Counted from the first letter of the stretch, positions 1 to 9,527 are shown. The stretch: 64,000 nucleotides of DNA from Smithellaceae bacterium (GCA_963667845.2 CAXXVL010000002.1:2784001-2848000), one strand, 5' to 3'. Numbers and translations are program-made. Notes: generated from the letters alone by a model not told the origin.

Positions 1-283
1 CAGATACCATGATCGGAATCTTCTCCGATTCGGCTTTTTCAAGCGTTTCCTGGGTTGGCTGACAGGAATTAATCAGAATGATCCCCGCATGCTCTTTAAG
101 ACTGGCGACTGCTACAATATTCTGATGCACTTGACGGGTGATCCAGATGTAGCCCTCTTTGGAATTTCCCATGACGTCGCTGAGCAGGTCCCCGGTATAG
201 CCCCCGGTGACTTCTTTATCCAGGGAATCTTTGCCGCATTTAACTTCCAATCCCAGCGCTTGTACTATTGCTTCAATTTTCAT
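1..283 (-). CDS. DRTGG-domain protein (3' end runs off the window)
   Basis: Not in the ORF track. Manual translation from ATG at 283 gives MKIEAIVQALGLEVKCGKDSLDKEVTGGYTGDLLSDVMGNSKEGYIWITRQVHQNIVAVASLK. The DLLSDV motif is shared with the 731-1105 paralog. Confidence 0.8.
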   Translation of the reverse strand, partial: MKIEAIVQALGLEVKCGKDSLDKEVTGGYTGDLLSDVMGNSKEGYIWITRQVHQNIVAVASLKEHAGIILINSCQPTQETLEKAESEKIPIMVS

Positions 284-306
284 AATTGAACCCTTTTATG
301 AAAAAG

Positions 307-744
307 TTATGGTGTCAGAATCATCATTTTCAGATGAGTGCCTTTGCCGACTTCCGAATCGATGTGGAAAGTATCGGAGTAATTCTTAATGTTGCATAGT
401 CCCATCCCCGCGCCGAAGCCCATTTCGCGAATTCTCTGGTCGGCGGTGGAGTAACCTTCCTGCATGGCCAGATCAATGTTGGGAATGCCGGGGCCCTCAT
501 CGATGACTTCGATTTCCACCATACCCGGGTTGACCATGAGATTCACTACAGCTTTCTTGGCATACGATACGACGTTAATTTCCGCCTCATAAGAAACGAT
601 AGCTGCTTTTCGGACAATGTCGCCGGGAATGCCTAACTTTTTGAGAATGGATTTAATGTTGGTGGATACAATACCTGCGGAATTGAAATTACCGCCTTCA
701 ATATTAAAACTGCCCGAATACAGGTTTTGGTTAAGTTCGCCCAC
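307..744 (-). CDS. RsbT-like anti-sigma factor / Ser-Thr kinase (HATPase_c)
   Basis: Motifs YEAEINVV, DEGPGI, AMQEGYST and GFGAGMGL. Likely GTG start at 744; the ORF track starts at 777. Confidence 0.85.
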   Translation of the reverse strand: MGELNQNLYSGSFNIEGGNFNSAGIVSTNIKSILKKLGIPGDIVRKAAIVSYEAEINVVSYAKKAVVNLMVNPGMVEIEVIDEGPGIPNIDLAMQEGYSTADQRIREMGFGAGMGLCNIKNYSDTFHIDSEVGKGTHLKMMILTP

Positions 745-1105
745 TGGTATTTTCGACTTTTGGCAAACAACCCACAATGCCCTTCAAATAAAGGCGGCCT
801 GCCGTTTCAAATAGAATGTATTTTGTCGCAAGAATGGGGATTTTAAGTTCTCTGGCGAGCGCGATTGTCTCTGATGACGGCTTTTTGCCCCTAACCAGGA
901 TAATAGCGGCAATGTCAAGCACATTGGCCGTTCGAATGACCTGAGTATTGGTCAGACCGGTCAAGAGCAGGCTGCCTGCTTTGGCAAAGGCAAGAACATC
1001 GCTCATCAAGTCGGCACCGAAGGCGGTTTTAACTTCCATGTCCATATTCTCTTCACCGACAATGATTTCCGCCTCCAGAATATCTTTTACATCGCGCAGT
1101 TTCAA
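731..1105 (-). CDS. DRTGG-domain protein
   Basis: GADLMSDVLA...LLTGL..Q.IRTA pattern, typical of hydrogenase-associated DRTGG proteins. Confidence 0.85.
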   Translation of the reverse strand: MKLRDVKDILEAEIIVGEENMDMEVKTAFGADLMSDVLAFAKAGSLLLTGLTNTQVIRTANVLDIAAIILVRGKKPSSETIALARELKIPILATKYILFETAGRLYLKGIVGCLPKVENTSGRT

Positions 1106-1161
1106 AGGCTACTCCTCAATTAATCAGCAAAAATGGTTCTGTAACATTTTGGGAAAACATA

Positions 1162-1226
1162 ATTTGCTGTCAATATCTTACTGAATTAGGGGCCTATCTA
1201 TCATGCGCGATGATTTGCTGTCAATA
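1162..1226 (-). promoter_or_regulatory. Two 14-bp direct repeats (ATTTGCTGTCAATA) upstream of the DRTGG operon; each contains TTGACA on the minus strand
   Basis: Identical copies at 1162-1175 and 1213-1226. Confidence 0.5.
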
Positions 1227-1275
1227 AGATAGTTTTCGACTTTTTTCTGTGGCAATGAAAGCGCTATTCGGGGTG

Positions 1276-1304
1276 GGTACAAGGTTCAAGGTACAAGGTT
1301 CAAG
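1276..1304 (+). repeat. Heptamer tandem repeat (GGTACAA/GGTTCAA)x4
   Basis: ggtacaaggttcaaggtacaaggttcaag. Confidence 0.8.
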
Positions 1305-1322
1305 ATAAAAATCTTTTATACC

Positions 1323-1835
1323 TTATTCTTCATGAAGAATCATCCTGCTTTGTTTATTCTGCAGAATCTGCCGCCGGGGGAGCTTTATTCTGACCTTGGT
1401 ACCGGTCGGACCATTTTTGGTGTCATTATTGGACTCTATTGTTATATCTCCATGGTGGGCTTTAACGGCGGCATAGGCTGTCGGAAGGCCCAAACCTGTT
1501 CCGTCGCCCACAGGCTTGGTGGTAAAAAAAGGTGTAAAAAGAAAAGGAACATTTTCCGCAGCAATGCCTGTGCCCGAGTCTGCAATCTCGACGGTCACCT
1601 GCCACTCATCCCCCGTCAAGGTAATGGTCAGTAAACCCCCGTGCCGCATCGCCTCAAGTGCATTGTTCATTAGATCAAAAAAGGCGGTTACCATTTGTTC
1701 GTGGTCGATCCAGACAGTTCCATTTTCAACAGAGGATTTCAGTATTACGACAACCTGGTCATTGCGAGACAGTCTGGAAAGACTCTCTTCGATTATCTTG
1801 ACAATATTGGTTTCCCTGAACTTCAGACCCAACAA
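1323..1835 (-). CDS. Stand-alone histidine-kinase ATPase (HATPase_c) domain, no HisKA
   Basis: N box (LMNNALEAM), G1 (DSGTGI), F box (FTPFFTTK) and G2 (GTGLGL) are present; no H box within 170 aa. Confidence 0.85.
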   Translation of the reverse strand: MLGLKFRETNIVKIIEESLSRLSRNDQVVVILKSSVENGTVWIDHEQMVTAFFDLMNNALEAMRHGGLLTITLTGDEWQVTVEIADSGTGIAAENVPFLFTPFFTTKPVGDGTGLGLPTAYAAVKAHHGDITIESNNDTKNGPTGTKVRIKLPRRQILQNKQSRMILHEE

Positions 1836-1872
1836 AATGATCTCTCCGTTAGTTCATCATTCCCGGCGCATC

Positions 1873-1913
1873 CTTGCACTTTGCACTTTGCACTTTGCAC
1901 CTTGCACCTTGAA
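1873..1913 (+). repeat. Heptamer tandem repeat (TTGCACY)x5-6
   Basis: cttgcactttgcactttgcactttgcaccttgcaccttgaa; inverted relative to the 1276-1304 array. Confidence 0.85.
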
Positions 1914-1919
1914 TCTTTT

Positions 1920-3095
1920 TCAGACTCTCTCCACCGTCACGATTTTATTCCGGGCGTTAAGATCGTTAACCAATTCCCGGATATAAACCATGCGCATCGG
2001 TTCACCGCGGATCAGGTCGGCGACCTGATTGGGATTGATGGCCGTGCCCACAATCAAATGAATATCGTCGGCTGCCAGAAAACAACGCGCCAAACGCGTC
2101 GCGGCATCATTGTCTTTGGGCAGATCATGAATCGTTTTCGCGCTGCGCATAATTTCGAGCGCCTGGCCGATGGTTAAGATGCCTTCTGTCACCAGGTTGA
2201 TGCCTTTGATCAACGCGGTAGGCGGCGAGCCTTTTTTCTTCGGCTCTTCACCGGTGCGCTTCCAGGGAGGAACCCATTCCACTTCCAGCTTTTCGTTGAG
2301 AATCCGCGCTGCCATCTGAGCTGTACTGCCGCCGCAGATGATTTTGTCCCCTTCTGCAGCCATCAGGCGGGAAACCGTAAATTCGTCCATGTTCCTGTTG
2401 GTCGGCGGTCCGGTCAGCACGCAGACGGAGACCGCCGGCCGGACTTTCATGCTGATCACAGTGGAATCGTCGCCGGGTTTGTCATTGTATAATTTCATGC
2501 AGGTTTTCGACAGCGCTTGGGTCAACTTCACGGTATCCACACCGGTCTGGACGAAACGCTGCACGGCGGCGGCCACGTTTTTCCATCCCCAGCCCATGCG
2601 ATAGATGCCGCCCAGACCCGCATGGGTATAGCCGTCGCTGATTAAGACCATGTAATCGTTTTCCATTAATTGAAAATGTGCTTCTCTGATGATTCTGTCT
2701 TTCACCTGGCGTTCTTCCAGGGGCAGGGCGACAATTGCGTTGTCCCGAATCAGGATCAAAGGCGGAGAATCAAACAAAACAAGGTGAGCGTCGCGTCCGT
2801 GATACACGATCAAAACGGCAAAGGTGGCGTAGGCCAGTTTGCGGACGGAACATTCCGGAAGCGTTTCGATCAGCGTCTGCATGACGTCTTCCACAGTTCC
2901 ATCCGCCTCAAACATCCGCGCGGCTATTTCAGCCGTCAGCGATGACAGAATGCTGGCTTTGACGCCGCTGCCCAGACCATCGGATAAAACGGCCACAAAT
3001 GAATCCGGTTTCGTGCGGATCATCACCGAGTCGCCGCAGAGTTCCTCGCCGGCCTTGTTGAGACTGGACCAGTTGCTTTCGACAAGTTGTCTCAC
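1920..3095 (-). CDS. SpoIIE/PP2C-type Ser/Thr phosphatase (HfsC-like)
   Basis: Motifs CGDSV, LSDGLGSG, ISDG and PGDDST; lies directly downstream of the HydS-like gene. Confidence 0.9.
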   Translation of the reverse strand: MRQLVESNWSSLNKAGEELCGDSVMIRTKPDSFVAVLSDGLGSGVKASILSSLTAEIAARMFEADGTVEDVMQTLIETLPECSVRKLAYATFAVLIVYHGRDAHLVLFDSPPLILIRDNAIVALPLEERQVKDRIIREAHFQLMENDYMVLISDGYTHAGLGGIYRMGWGWKNVAAAVQRFVQTGVDTVKLTQALSKTCMKLYNDKPGDDSTVISMKVRPAVSVCVLTGPPTNRNMDEFTVSRLMAAEGDKIICGGSTAQMAARILNEKLEVEWVPPWKRTGEEPKKKGSPPTALIKGINLVTEGILTIGQALEIMRSAKTIHDLPKDNDAATRLARCFLAADDIHLIVGTAINPNQVADLIRGEPMRMVYIRELVNDLNARNKIVTVERV

Positions 3096-4810
3096 TTCGA
3101 TTCTTCCTCTTCCAGGACTTTTGCCAGATGCGAGACAATCATTTTGCTTTCCGCGGTGGTTTCCCCTAAGAGGTGGGCGATCTCGTGGGCCACACGCATC
3201 TGCTTGCGCACCACTTCCCGGGTTTGTTCCAGGGTTTGCGCCCGGAGTTCATGGAATTTCTGTTTTTCCGATTCATGCTCGGTAATATCGCGCATAATGG
3301 CAACCAGAAGCGATTGCCCTTCCACCCGGACGATGTTTTGTTCGGCAACCAGATGATCATTGAGACGCCTGATTTTTCCGATTACCGGTTTCCCCGTGTC
3401 CCGTACGGCGACGAAATCGTCATAAAGCGGGATCAGCTTGGAAAGGTGCTTGCCCTTGACGTCCGCCAGTAAACAGCCGAAGAGCTGTTCGGCCGAGGGA
3501 GACATGTCTTGAATGCCCAAATGATCGTCGAGAATAATGATGGAATTCGGTGACACGTCCATGACAACTTGCCTGAGCGATTCGGAACGGCTGCGCATAT
3601 AGGGAATGCACATGGTGACTTCCGCCATGCCGCGCAGCGTGGCGATTGCTTTTTCACGGCAGCTTCCATAACCACAGGCGCCGCAATTCAACTCGTCATC
3701 CGGCGTATACTTATTGACGCGCTTGAGGACATCTCTGATATCGGCTTCGCTGAATTCGGGAACCGGTTCTTTTTTGTCGGCGTAAGCACGTGATAGATCC
3801 GGCCACTTTTCACGGGGAATCGCCGCATAGGCCGGACGATGACGATGATAGTCGATAATTTTTTGTCGCGCCGCATAGATGCCGCCTTCGAGATCGGCCA
3901 TGGCCGGACCGTTAATGCAGCCGCCGGTGCACGCCATCAACTCTACCAGAGATGCATTGAGCTGACCGGCCCGGATATCGCCCAGGATATTGCGGCAGGT
4001 TTCCAGACCGCTCGCGACGATGAGTGCGTTATTCAGCATATCGGTGCTCAGTTGTGCAGTTCCAATCAGGCCGCCTTCAACAGGAAAAAGCCGTGCGTCC
4101 ACCTGAAGTGACGGTTCATCGTCGCTGTCGATTTTCTGCAAGAGGATGTCTTTTTCTTTAAACCAGTCGGCCAAACCCCGAAAAGTCAAAGCTGCCGATA
4201 TTACGCCCGCTTCCGACTCATCGAGTATTTCCAGCTTTTTGGCAATACACGGACCGATGAACACGATATACGCGTCAGACCCGTATTGCTGAGCAAGCAG
4301 CCGGCCATGCGCAATCATGGGTGAAACAATGGGGGCCAGGTAGCCGATGAGGTCCGGATAATATTTTTCAATGAGGTTGACAATCACGGGACAGGAGGAG
4401 GCGATCGCGGGCCGCTGCCCCGCTTTTTGCTCGATGTAGTCACGGTGCGCCAGTCCCACGATTTCGGCTCCAAGAGCCGTTTCCTGAGCCGCAAAAAAGC
4501 CCAACTGCTTCAGGGCTGTTTCCATTTCCGAGAAATGATGGAAACCGAAATAGGCCGGCGCGGAGGGTGCAACCGAGGCAATGACTTTCCGCCCGTCCCG
4601 GAGCGCTTGTTGCACATCGGGGATTGCGCTATGGACATCTTTGGCTTTCTGCGGACAGGTGCGAATGCAGGTTCCGCAGAGAATACACAACTCGGGCACC
4701 ACCTGGGCCTGGCCGTTCTGAACACGGATGGCCTTGACGTCGCAGTGACGCACGCAACGGTAGCAGTCGCGGCAGCGGGCCGGGTTGGTTATAATGACCG
4801 GTTCATTCAT
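3092..4810 (-). CDS. Sensory [FeFe]-hydrogenase-like protein with FeS and PAS domains (HydS/HfsB, group C)
   Basis: 2x[4Fe-4S] (CRDCYRC, CILCGTC); H-cluster motifs ASSCP, GPCIAKKLE and ELMACTGGCING; FeS domain CGACGYGSC; C-terminal PAS and coiled coil. Confidence 0.9.
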   Translation of the reverse strand: MNEPVIITNPARCRDCYRCVRHCDVKAIRVQNGQAQVVPELCILCGTCIRTCPQKAKDVHSAIPDVQQALRDGRKVIASVAPSAPAYFGFHHFSEMETALKQLGFFAAQETALGAEIVGLAHRDYIEQKAGQRPAIASSCPVIVNLIEKYYPDLIGYLAPIVSPMIAHGRLLAQQYGSDAYIVFIGPCIAKKLEILDESEAGVISAALTFRGLADWFKEKDILLQKIDSDDEPSLQVDARLFPVEGGLIGTAQLSTDMLNNALIVASGLETCRNILGDIRAGQLNASLVELMACTGGCINGPAMADLEGGIYAARQKIIDYHRHRPAYAAIPREKWPDLSRAYADKKEPVPEFSEADIRDVLKRVNKYTPDDELNCGACGYGSCREKAIATLRGMAEVTMCIPYMRSRSESLRQVVMDVSPNSIIILDDHLGIQDMSPSAEQLFGCLLADVKGKHLSKLIPLYDDFVAVRDTGKPVIGKIRRLNDHLVAEQNIVRVEGQSLLVAIMRDITEHESEKQKFHELRAQTLEQTREVVRKQMRVAHEIAHLLGETTAESKMIVSHLAKVLEEEESK

Positions 4811-4844
4811 GACGATCCTTTACCTGCGTTTATCAAAAAAAGTG

Positions 4845-5123
4845 TCAATCTTTTTTGGGAGGCAGCAGCTTTTTGCTGTCCACCTGCCCCAGGATTTCTT
4901 TATAAAAAAACGATTCGGCCTCACGGGGTCGAATTCCGCTGAATTCACGGTCGCCCACGCGAACGGAAACACCTTTGGAGCAGGCGTCCATGCAGAAAGC
5001 GCCGACAATATCGACGAGGCCTTCGAGTTTCTCTTTTTCAATCAGACGGAATAGTTCGGACGCCAGTTCATCGGAGCCGCGCAAACTGCACGAACTGCCG
5101 ACACAAATCGTTATCAAAAGCAT
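4845..5123 (-). CDS. Thioredoxin-like [2Fe-2S] protein (HfsA/NuoE-like)
   Basis: CVGSSC...FCMDAC. Confidence 0.85.
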   Translation of the reverse strand: MLLITICVGSSCSLRGSDELASELFRLIEKEKLEGLVDIVGAFCMDACSKGVSVRVGDREFSGIRPREAESFFYKEILGQVDSKKLLPPKKD

Positions 5124-5124
5124 A

Positions 5125-8100
5125 TCATTTTCCCGTTTCTTCCTTGCGGATGAATGGCATCAAATGCGCGTCGATAAAGGCCCCGGGCTTGGCGGCGCAA
5201 TCCACGGATATGATTTTATTGCCGATGACCACATTCGGTCCTCCTTCACATTGTCCCGTGCAGAAACGCGCCTTGACGCGGAAACGTTCTGCCAGCCCCC
5301 GTTTTCTTAATTCGGCGGCCAACCCTTCGAGGAGTTTCCAGGACCCTTTGATGTAACAGTTGGTGCCGATGCAAACGCCGACATTAACCACTGGCAGATT
5401 CTGCGCGACGTCTTCTTTGATGTCCTGAACACGCATGGAGCGGCGTTTGTAACTGGTGTGCAGTGCGTGGTGCGACGTCTCACTGTCCGGTTCACCGAGC
5501 CAATTGGTGTAGATCGCCTGAACGGACGGATTATCCTGACTGGTCCGGATGGTCGCGTCCTGATCGAGACGATAGAGGACATCCAGGCGGTGTTCCGTGT
5601 CGCTTTTCAGAAGCGGTGCAGGGTTGCCGGAGCCGTTGATGCAGCCGCCGGGGCAGGCCATAACTTCAATCAGGTCATACGGCGCATCGCCTGCCCGCAT
5701 CCGGTCGATTAATCTTTGAGCGTTTTGCAGACCGCTGACGACCGCCAGACGCACCTGGGAGTCACCCAGCACGATGGTGGTTTCTTTGACGCCCTGAAGT
5801 CCGCGGACGCCTTCATAGTTGAAACTTTCCATCCGCTTGCCCATGACGCGTTCCGCAGCGAGCCTGAGCGCGGCTTCCGCTACGCCGCCGCTGGCGCCGA
5901 AAATGATTCCCGCGCCGGAAACCTTCCCGAAGAAAGCATCCACGGGCATGGGCTTAATCTGGCGCGGATGGATATTTTTCTCGGCCAGCATGGTCATCAC
6001 ATCCCAGGTTGTCAGGACTTTATCCACGTCCTGAAGATGATCCGTTTTGAACTCGGGGCGCATAGATTCATATTTTTTGGCGTTGCAGGGCATGATGGAG
6101 ACAAAATAGAGAAGTTCCGGCCGCACTTTAAGTTCCTTGGCAAAGTATTGCTTCATCACCGCGCCGAACATTTGCTGCGGCGATTTGCAGGAAGACAGAT
6201 GAGGTAAAATATCCGGCGCCATTTTTTCACAGTAATTGACCCAGGCCGGACAGCAGGAGGTAATTTGCGGCAGCACGCCTCCTTCGGCCAGACGGGACAA
6301 AAACTCCGTGCCTTCTTCCATAATGGTCAGATCAGCCGCCCAGCAGGTATCGAAGACAAAATTGAATCCCAGCTGTTTCAGGCAGGCGCTCAAAACCGGC
6401 ATGACATCGGCGCCGGCGATGCCGTATTGCTCGCCGAAGGCGGCACGCACGGCCGGTGCAATCTGCGCGACGACAGTCAATTGAGGATCCTTCAATGCGC
6501 GGTAAACCTCGGGCAGCGCCGGTTTCAGGGTGAGCGCTCCCGTGGGGCAGACCATGGCGCAGTGGCCGCAGGCCACGCAGACGGTCATGTCCAGCGGCCG
6601 ATGGTCGTTGGGACCGATAGTCAGCACGTCGTTGGTTTCATAGAAGCTAAGCGCCGAGACGCCCTCCATTTCGCGGCAGACTTTCAGGCACAGGCCGCAT
6701 AATATGCACTTGCCTGGATCGCGGGTGATGATGGGATGGTTTTCGTCAATGGGCAGAGGTTTGGCCGGCTTAGTCCTGTCGTGCTCGACGCCGTAGGCGC
6801 TGGCATAGCCGCGCAGATCACAGTCGTAGCGCTCCGTGCAGCCGCAGGCCAGGCAGCGGGCGGCTTCAGTCATGGCGGTTTCCTGATCCCAGGTGGTGGA
6901 TGATTCGTCAAAATTTGTTTTTCGGACCTGGGACGCCACAACCGGCACTTCCAGACGATCCGCGGGAGCGGTGCCCTTGAACGCGTCCGGCGGTAATTCA
7001 TTCCACTTGCCTTTGGTGCAGGTATACGGATCGTCCTTCGTTGTCACTGATCCTGTGCGCACAAATTCATCGATCGCTTCCGCGGCGCGATGGCCCGCGC
7101 CAATGGCGGCAATTGCTATGTCCGGACCGGTGACGCAATCGCCGCCGGAGAAGATCCAGGGCAGGGCGGTTTGCAGGGTTTGCTCATTTACCACAATATT
7201 GCCCCATTTGCTGATGAGTTTCTTCTCGCCGATGCTGAACCCGTCGACGGCCTGGCCGATGGCCGAAATAATGGTGTTTGCCGTCAGCGTGAATTCGGAA
7301 CCTTCCTGGGGCACGGGACGCCGTCGGCCGCTTTTATCCGGTTCACCCAGCGCCATTTTCACACAGGTCATCTGCAAAGCATTACCGGCTGCCTTAATGG
7401 AAACAGGCGCGGTCAGAAACTGAATGTTGACGCCTTCCTCGATGGCCTCTTCGATTTCGATCGGCTGGGCAGGCATTTCATGACGCGTGCGGCGATAGGC
7501 CACGACAACTTCTTTAACGCCTAGACGCACAGCGCTGCGCGCCGCATCCATTGCCGTATTGCCGCCGCCGATCACGATCACGCGGCTGCCCAGTTCCGGT
7601 TTTTCCCCGCGCGCGAGCCTGGCGAGAAAATCAAGACCGGACATGACGCCCGGTACGTCTTCGCCTTTTGCGCCGATGGCGGTCGCTTTTTGCGCGCCCA
7701 GTCCCAGAAAAACCGCTTCAAAGCCGTCTCTTTTCAGCGATTCCAGTGTGAAATCCCGTCCCAGTTTCTTGTTGTACTGAATATCAACGCCCAGACCGAG
7801 AATGCACTGAATTTCCGCGTCCAGATCTTTTTCCGGAAGGCGGTAGTATGGGATTCCCCAGCGCAGCATGCCCCCTGCCGCTTCCTGCATTTCAAAAATA
7901 GTCACTGCATGACCAAGACGCCGCAAAAACCAGGCGGCAGTGAGGCCGGCCGGCCCCGCTCCAATGACGGCGATCCTGTGTCCGGTGTCCGGCAGGCATT
8001 CAGGTTTGTAGGCCTCTAACTGGAAAGTGTCCCAGTCGGCAACAAAGCGTTTGATGCCGTTGATGTTGACGGCGCCGTCCAGGGCGTTGCGACGGCATTC

Positions 8101-8559
8101 AGTTTCGCAGGGATGCGGGCAGACGCGTCCGCAGACGGCGGGGAGCGGGTTATTGTCCTTGATGACTGCGAGGGCCTCTGCAAAATTGCCGGACTGGACA
8201 TGGTAAATATACTTCTGAATGTCGATATGAGCCGGACAGGTGAGGACACAGGGCGCGATGCAATCGCCGTAATGATTGCGCAGAAGAGCCTGCAGATAAA
8301 TCTTCCGATAACTGTGAAGAGCCTCTGATTGGGTGCGGATCACCATGCCGTCTTCTGCCGGTGTGGAAGTAGCAGATGCAAATCTGGTCCGGGCACCGTC
8401 AGCAACTTCGACAAATGCGGCTTCGAAATTACTCGGGGGACTGACACGCGGGTCATATCCGAGAGAGGGAATATCAATCCCGTGAGAACGGGCAGCGTCG
8501 ATGATCGTCAAGCCGTCGACCGTAACACAATCTTTTCCATCAATGTTTACTGTAATCAT
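5125..8559 (-). CDS. Fusion of GltD/NfnB-like NAD(P)/FAD oxidoreductase, catalytic [FeFe]-hydrogenase and C-terminal 2Fe-2S domain
   Basis: PCxxxCP, CGRVCPHPCE, GAGPAG and GGGNTAMD; 2x4Fe-4S; H-cluster L1 TSCCPAW, L2 MPCNAKKYE, L3 EVMACPGGCINGSG; small-subunit motif DNPSV...HHALHTSY; CIGTNC...CTGQC. Start placed at 8559 after a GGAAGG RBS (ORF track: 8592). Confidence 0.9.
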   Translation of the reverse strand: MITVNIDGKDCVTVDGLTIIDAARSHGIDIPSLGYDPRVSPPSNFEAAFVEVADGARTRFASATSTPAEDGMVIRTQSEALHSYRKIYLQALLRNHYGDCIAPCVLTCPAHIDIQKYIYHVQSGNFAEALAVIKDNNPLPAVCGRVCPHPCETECRRNALDGAVNINGIKRFVADWDTFQLEAYKPECLPDTGHRIAVIGAGPAGLTAAWFLRRLGHAVTIFEMQEAAGGMLRWGIPYYRLPEKDLDAEIQCILGLGVDIQYNKKLGRDFTLESLKRDGFEAVFLGLGAQKATAIGAKGEDVPGVMSGLDFLARLARGEKPELGSRVIVIGGGNTAMDAARSAVRLGVKEVVVAYRRTRHEMPAQPIEIEEAIEEGVNIQFLTAPVSIKAAGNALQMTCVKMALGEPDKSGRRRPVPQEGSEFTLTANTIISAIGQAVDGFSIGEKKLISKWGNIVVNEQTLQTALPWIFSGGDCVTGPDIAIAAIGAGHRAAEAIDEFVRTGSVTTKDDPYTCTKGKWNELPPDAFKGTAPADRLEVPVVASQVRKTNFDESSTTWDQETAMTEAARCLACGCTERYDCDLRGYASAYGVEHDRTKPAKPLPIDENHPIITRDPGKCILCGLCLKVCREMEGVSALSFYETNDVLTIGPNDHRPLDMTVCVACGHCAMVCPTGALTLKPALPEVYRALKDPQLTVVAQIAPAVRAAFGEQYGIAGADVMPVLSACLKQLGFNFVFDTCWAADLTIMEEGTEFLSRLAEGGVLPQITSCCPAWVNYCEKMAPDILPHLSSCKSPQQMFGAVMKQYFAKELKVRPELLYFVSIMPCNAKKYESMRPEFKTDHLQDVDKVLTTWDVMTMLAEKNIHPRQIKPMPVDAFFGKVSGAGIIFGASGGVAEAALRLAAERVMGKRMESFNYEGVRGLQGVKETTIVLGDSQVRLAVVSGLQNAQRLIDRMRAGDAPYDLIEVMACPGGCINGSGNPAPLLKSDTEHRLDVLYRLDQDATIRTSQDNPSVQAIYTNWLGEPDSETSHHALHTSYKRRSMRVQDIKEDVAQNLPVVNVGVCIGTNCYIKGSWKLLEGLAAELRKRGLAERFRVKARFCTGQCEGGPNVVIGNKIISVDCAAKPGAFIDAHLMPFIRKEETGK

Positions 8560-8682
8560 TGGTGCGTCCTTCCATTCCATGTATTGTTTCATCCGGCATC
8601 AAACCGGATTAGTTTGTTCTTAAATGAAACCAAAGAAATGTCATCAGTGGCAATGTAAGCTACTGATCAGAAATTTCTTTTT

Positions 8683-8722
8683 TACTGACCGTCAGTATAA
8701 GAAAAGCGCTCGGGCATGTCAA
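8683..8722 (-). promoter_or_regulatory. Sigma70 promoter of the hydrogenase operon with overlapping palindromic operator
   Basis: Minus strand TTGACA(8722-8717)-N17-TATACT(8699-8694); palindrome TACTGAC-C-GTCAGTA at 8683-8697. Confidence 0.75.
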
Positions 8723-9011
8723 TATAATTCATCAGGAGGTTACCGGCGAGGCGATAAGCTTTATAGTCTTCATGGAAGAAAACCGGGATATTCATCATAA
8801 AACAGGCAAATGACAGTCAATCGGTCTTTCTGATCAATTCACTTTAAAAATGATGCCTTAAAAAATTATTGAATATTTAACGGTTAGAAGCAATAATCTT
8901 ACGGCTGAAGCCTCAAGTATTCTCAAAAAAAGCCGTTATAGATTTTGAAAATACCAAAATGTACCAATGATGCTATTTCTTTAAAGTATTACTAAAAATG
9001 GAGGGTATGCG

Positions 9012-9527
9012 ATGAAAACAGCCGCCGCAGCTGAAGTAAAGAAAGAAAAAACCAATTCCCGGGAAGGCAAGTATCTGACGTTATCACTTGCCGACGAAGA
9101 ATACGGAATCGGTATTTTGAAGGTGAAAGAAATTATCGGAATGATCACCGTCACTGCTGTTCCGCAAACCCCTTCACACGTTAAAGGGGTTATTAATTTG
9201 CGTGGCAAAGTTATCCCGGTCATTGATCTCAGACTTAAATTCGGTCTGCCGGCCATGGAATATACTGAACGCACCTGCATCATTGTCATTGAAATCGCAA
9301 AAGATAATGGGCATATCCTCATCGGCATTCTCGTGGATTCCGTTTCGGAAGTTTTAAATATCAAGGGAGTGGATATTGAAGATACGCCCAATTTCGGATC
9401 GCGTGTGAACACGGATTATATTCTAGGGATGGCCAAAGCCTCTGGAAAGATCAAAATCCTTCTCGATATCGATCGCGTCATGAACGCAGATGAACTCGAC
9501 GACCTGGAAAGAACAAGCGCAGCCTAA
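9012..9527 (+). CDS. cheW: Chemotaxis coupling protein CheW
   Basis: YGIGILKVKEII, GVINLRGKVIPVIDLR and GILVDSVSEV. Confidence 0.95.
   Translation: MKTAAAAEVKKEKTNSREGKYLTLSLADEEYGIGILKVKEIIGMITVTAVPQTPSHVKGVINLRGKVIPVIDLRLKFGLPAMEYTERTCIIVIEIAKDNGHILIGILVDSVSEVLNIKGVDIEDTPNFGSRVNTDYILGMAKASGKIKILLDIDRVMNADELDDLERTSAA

Noticed and set aside
1323..1835. Lone HATPase acting in trans on the pseudokinase at 62452-63987
   Set aside because: The genes are 60 kb apart with no sequence evidence of linkage; speculation only.
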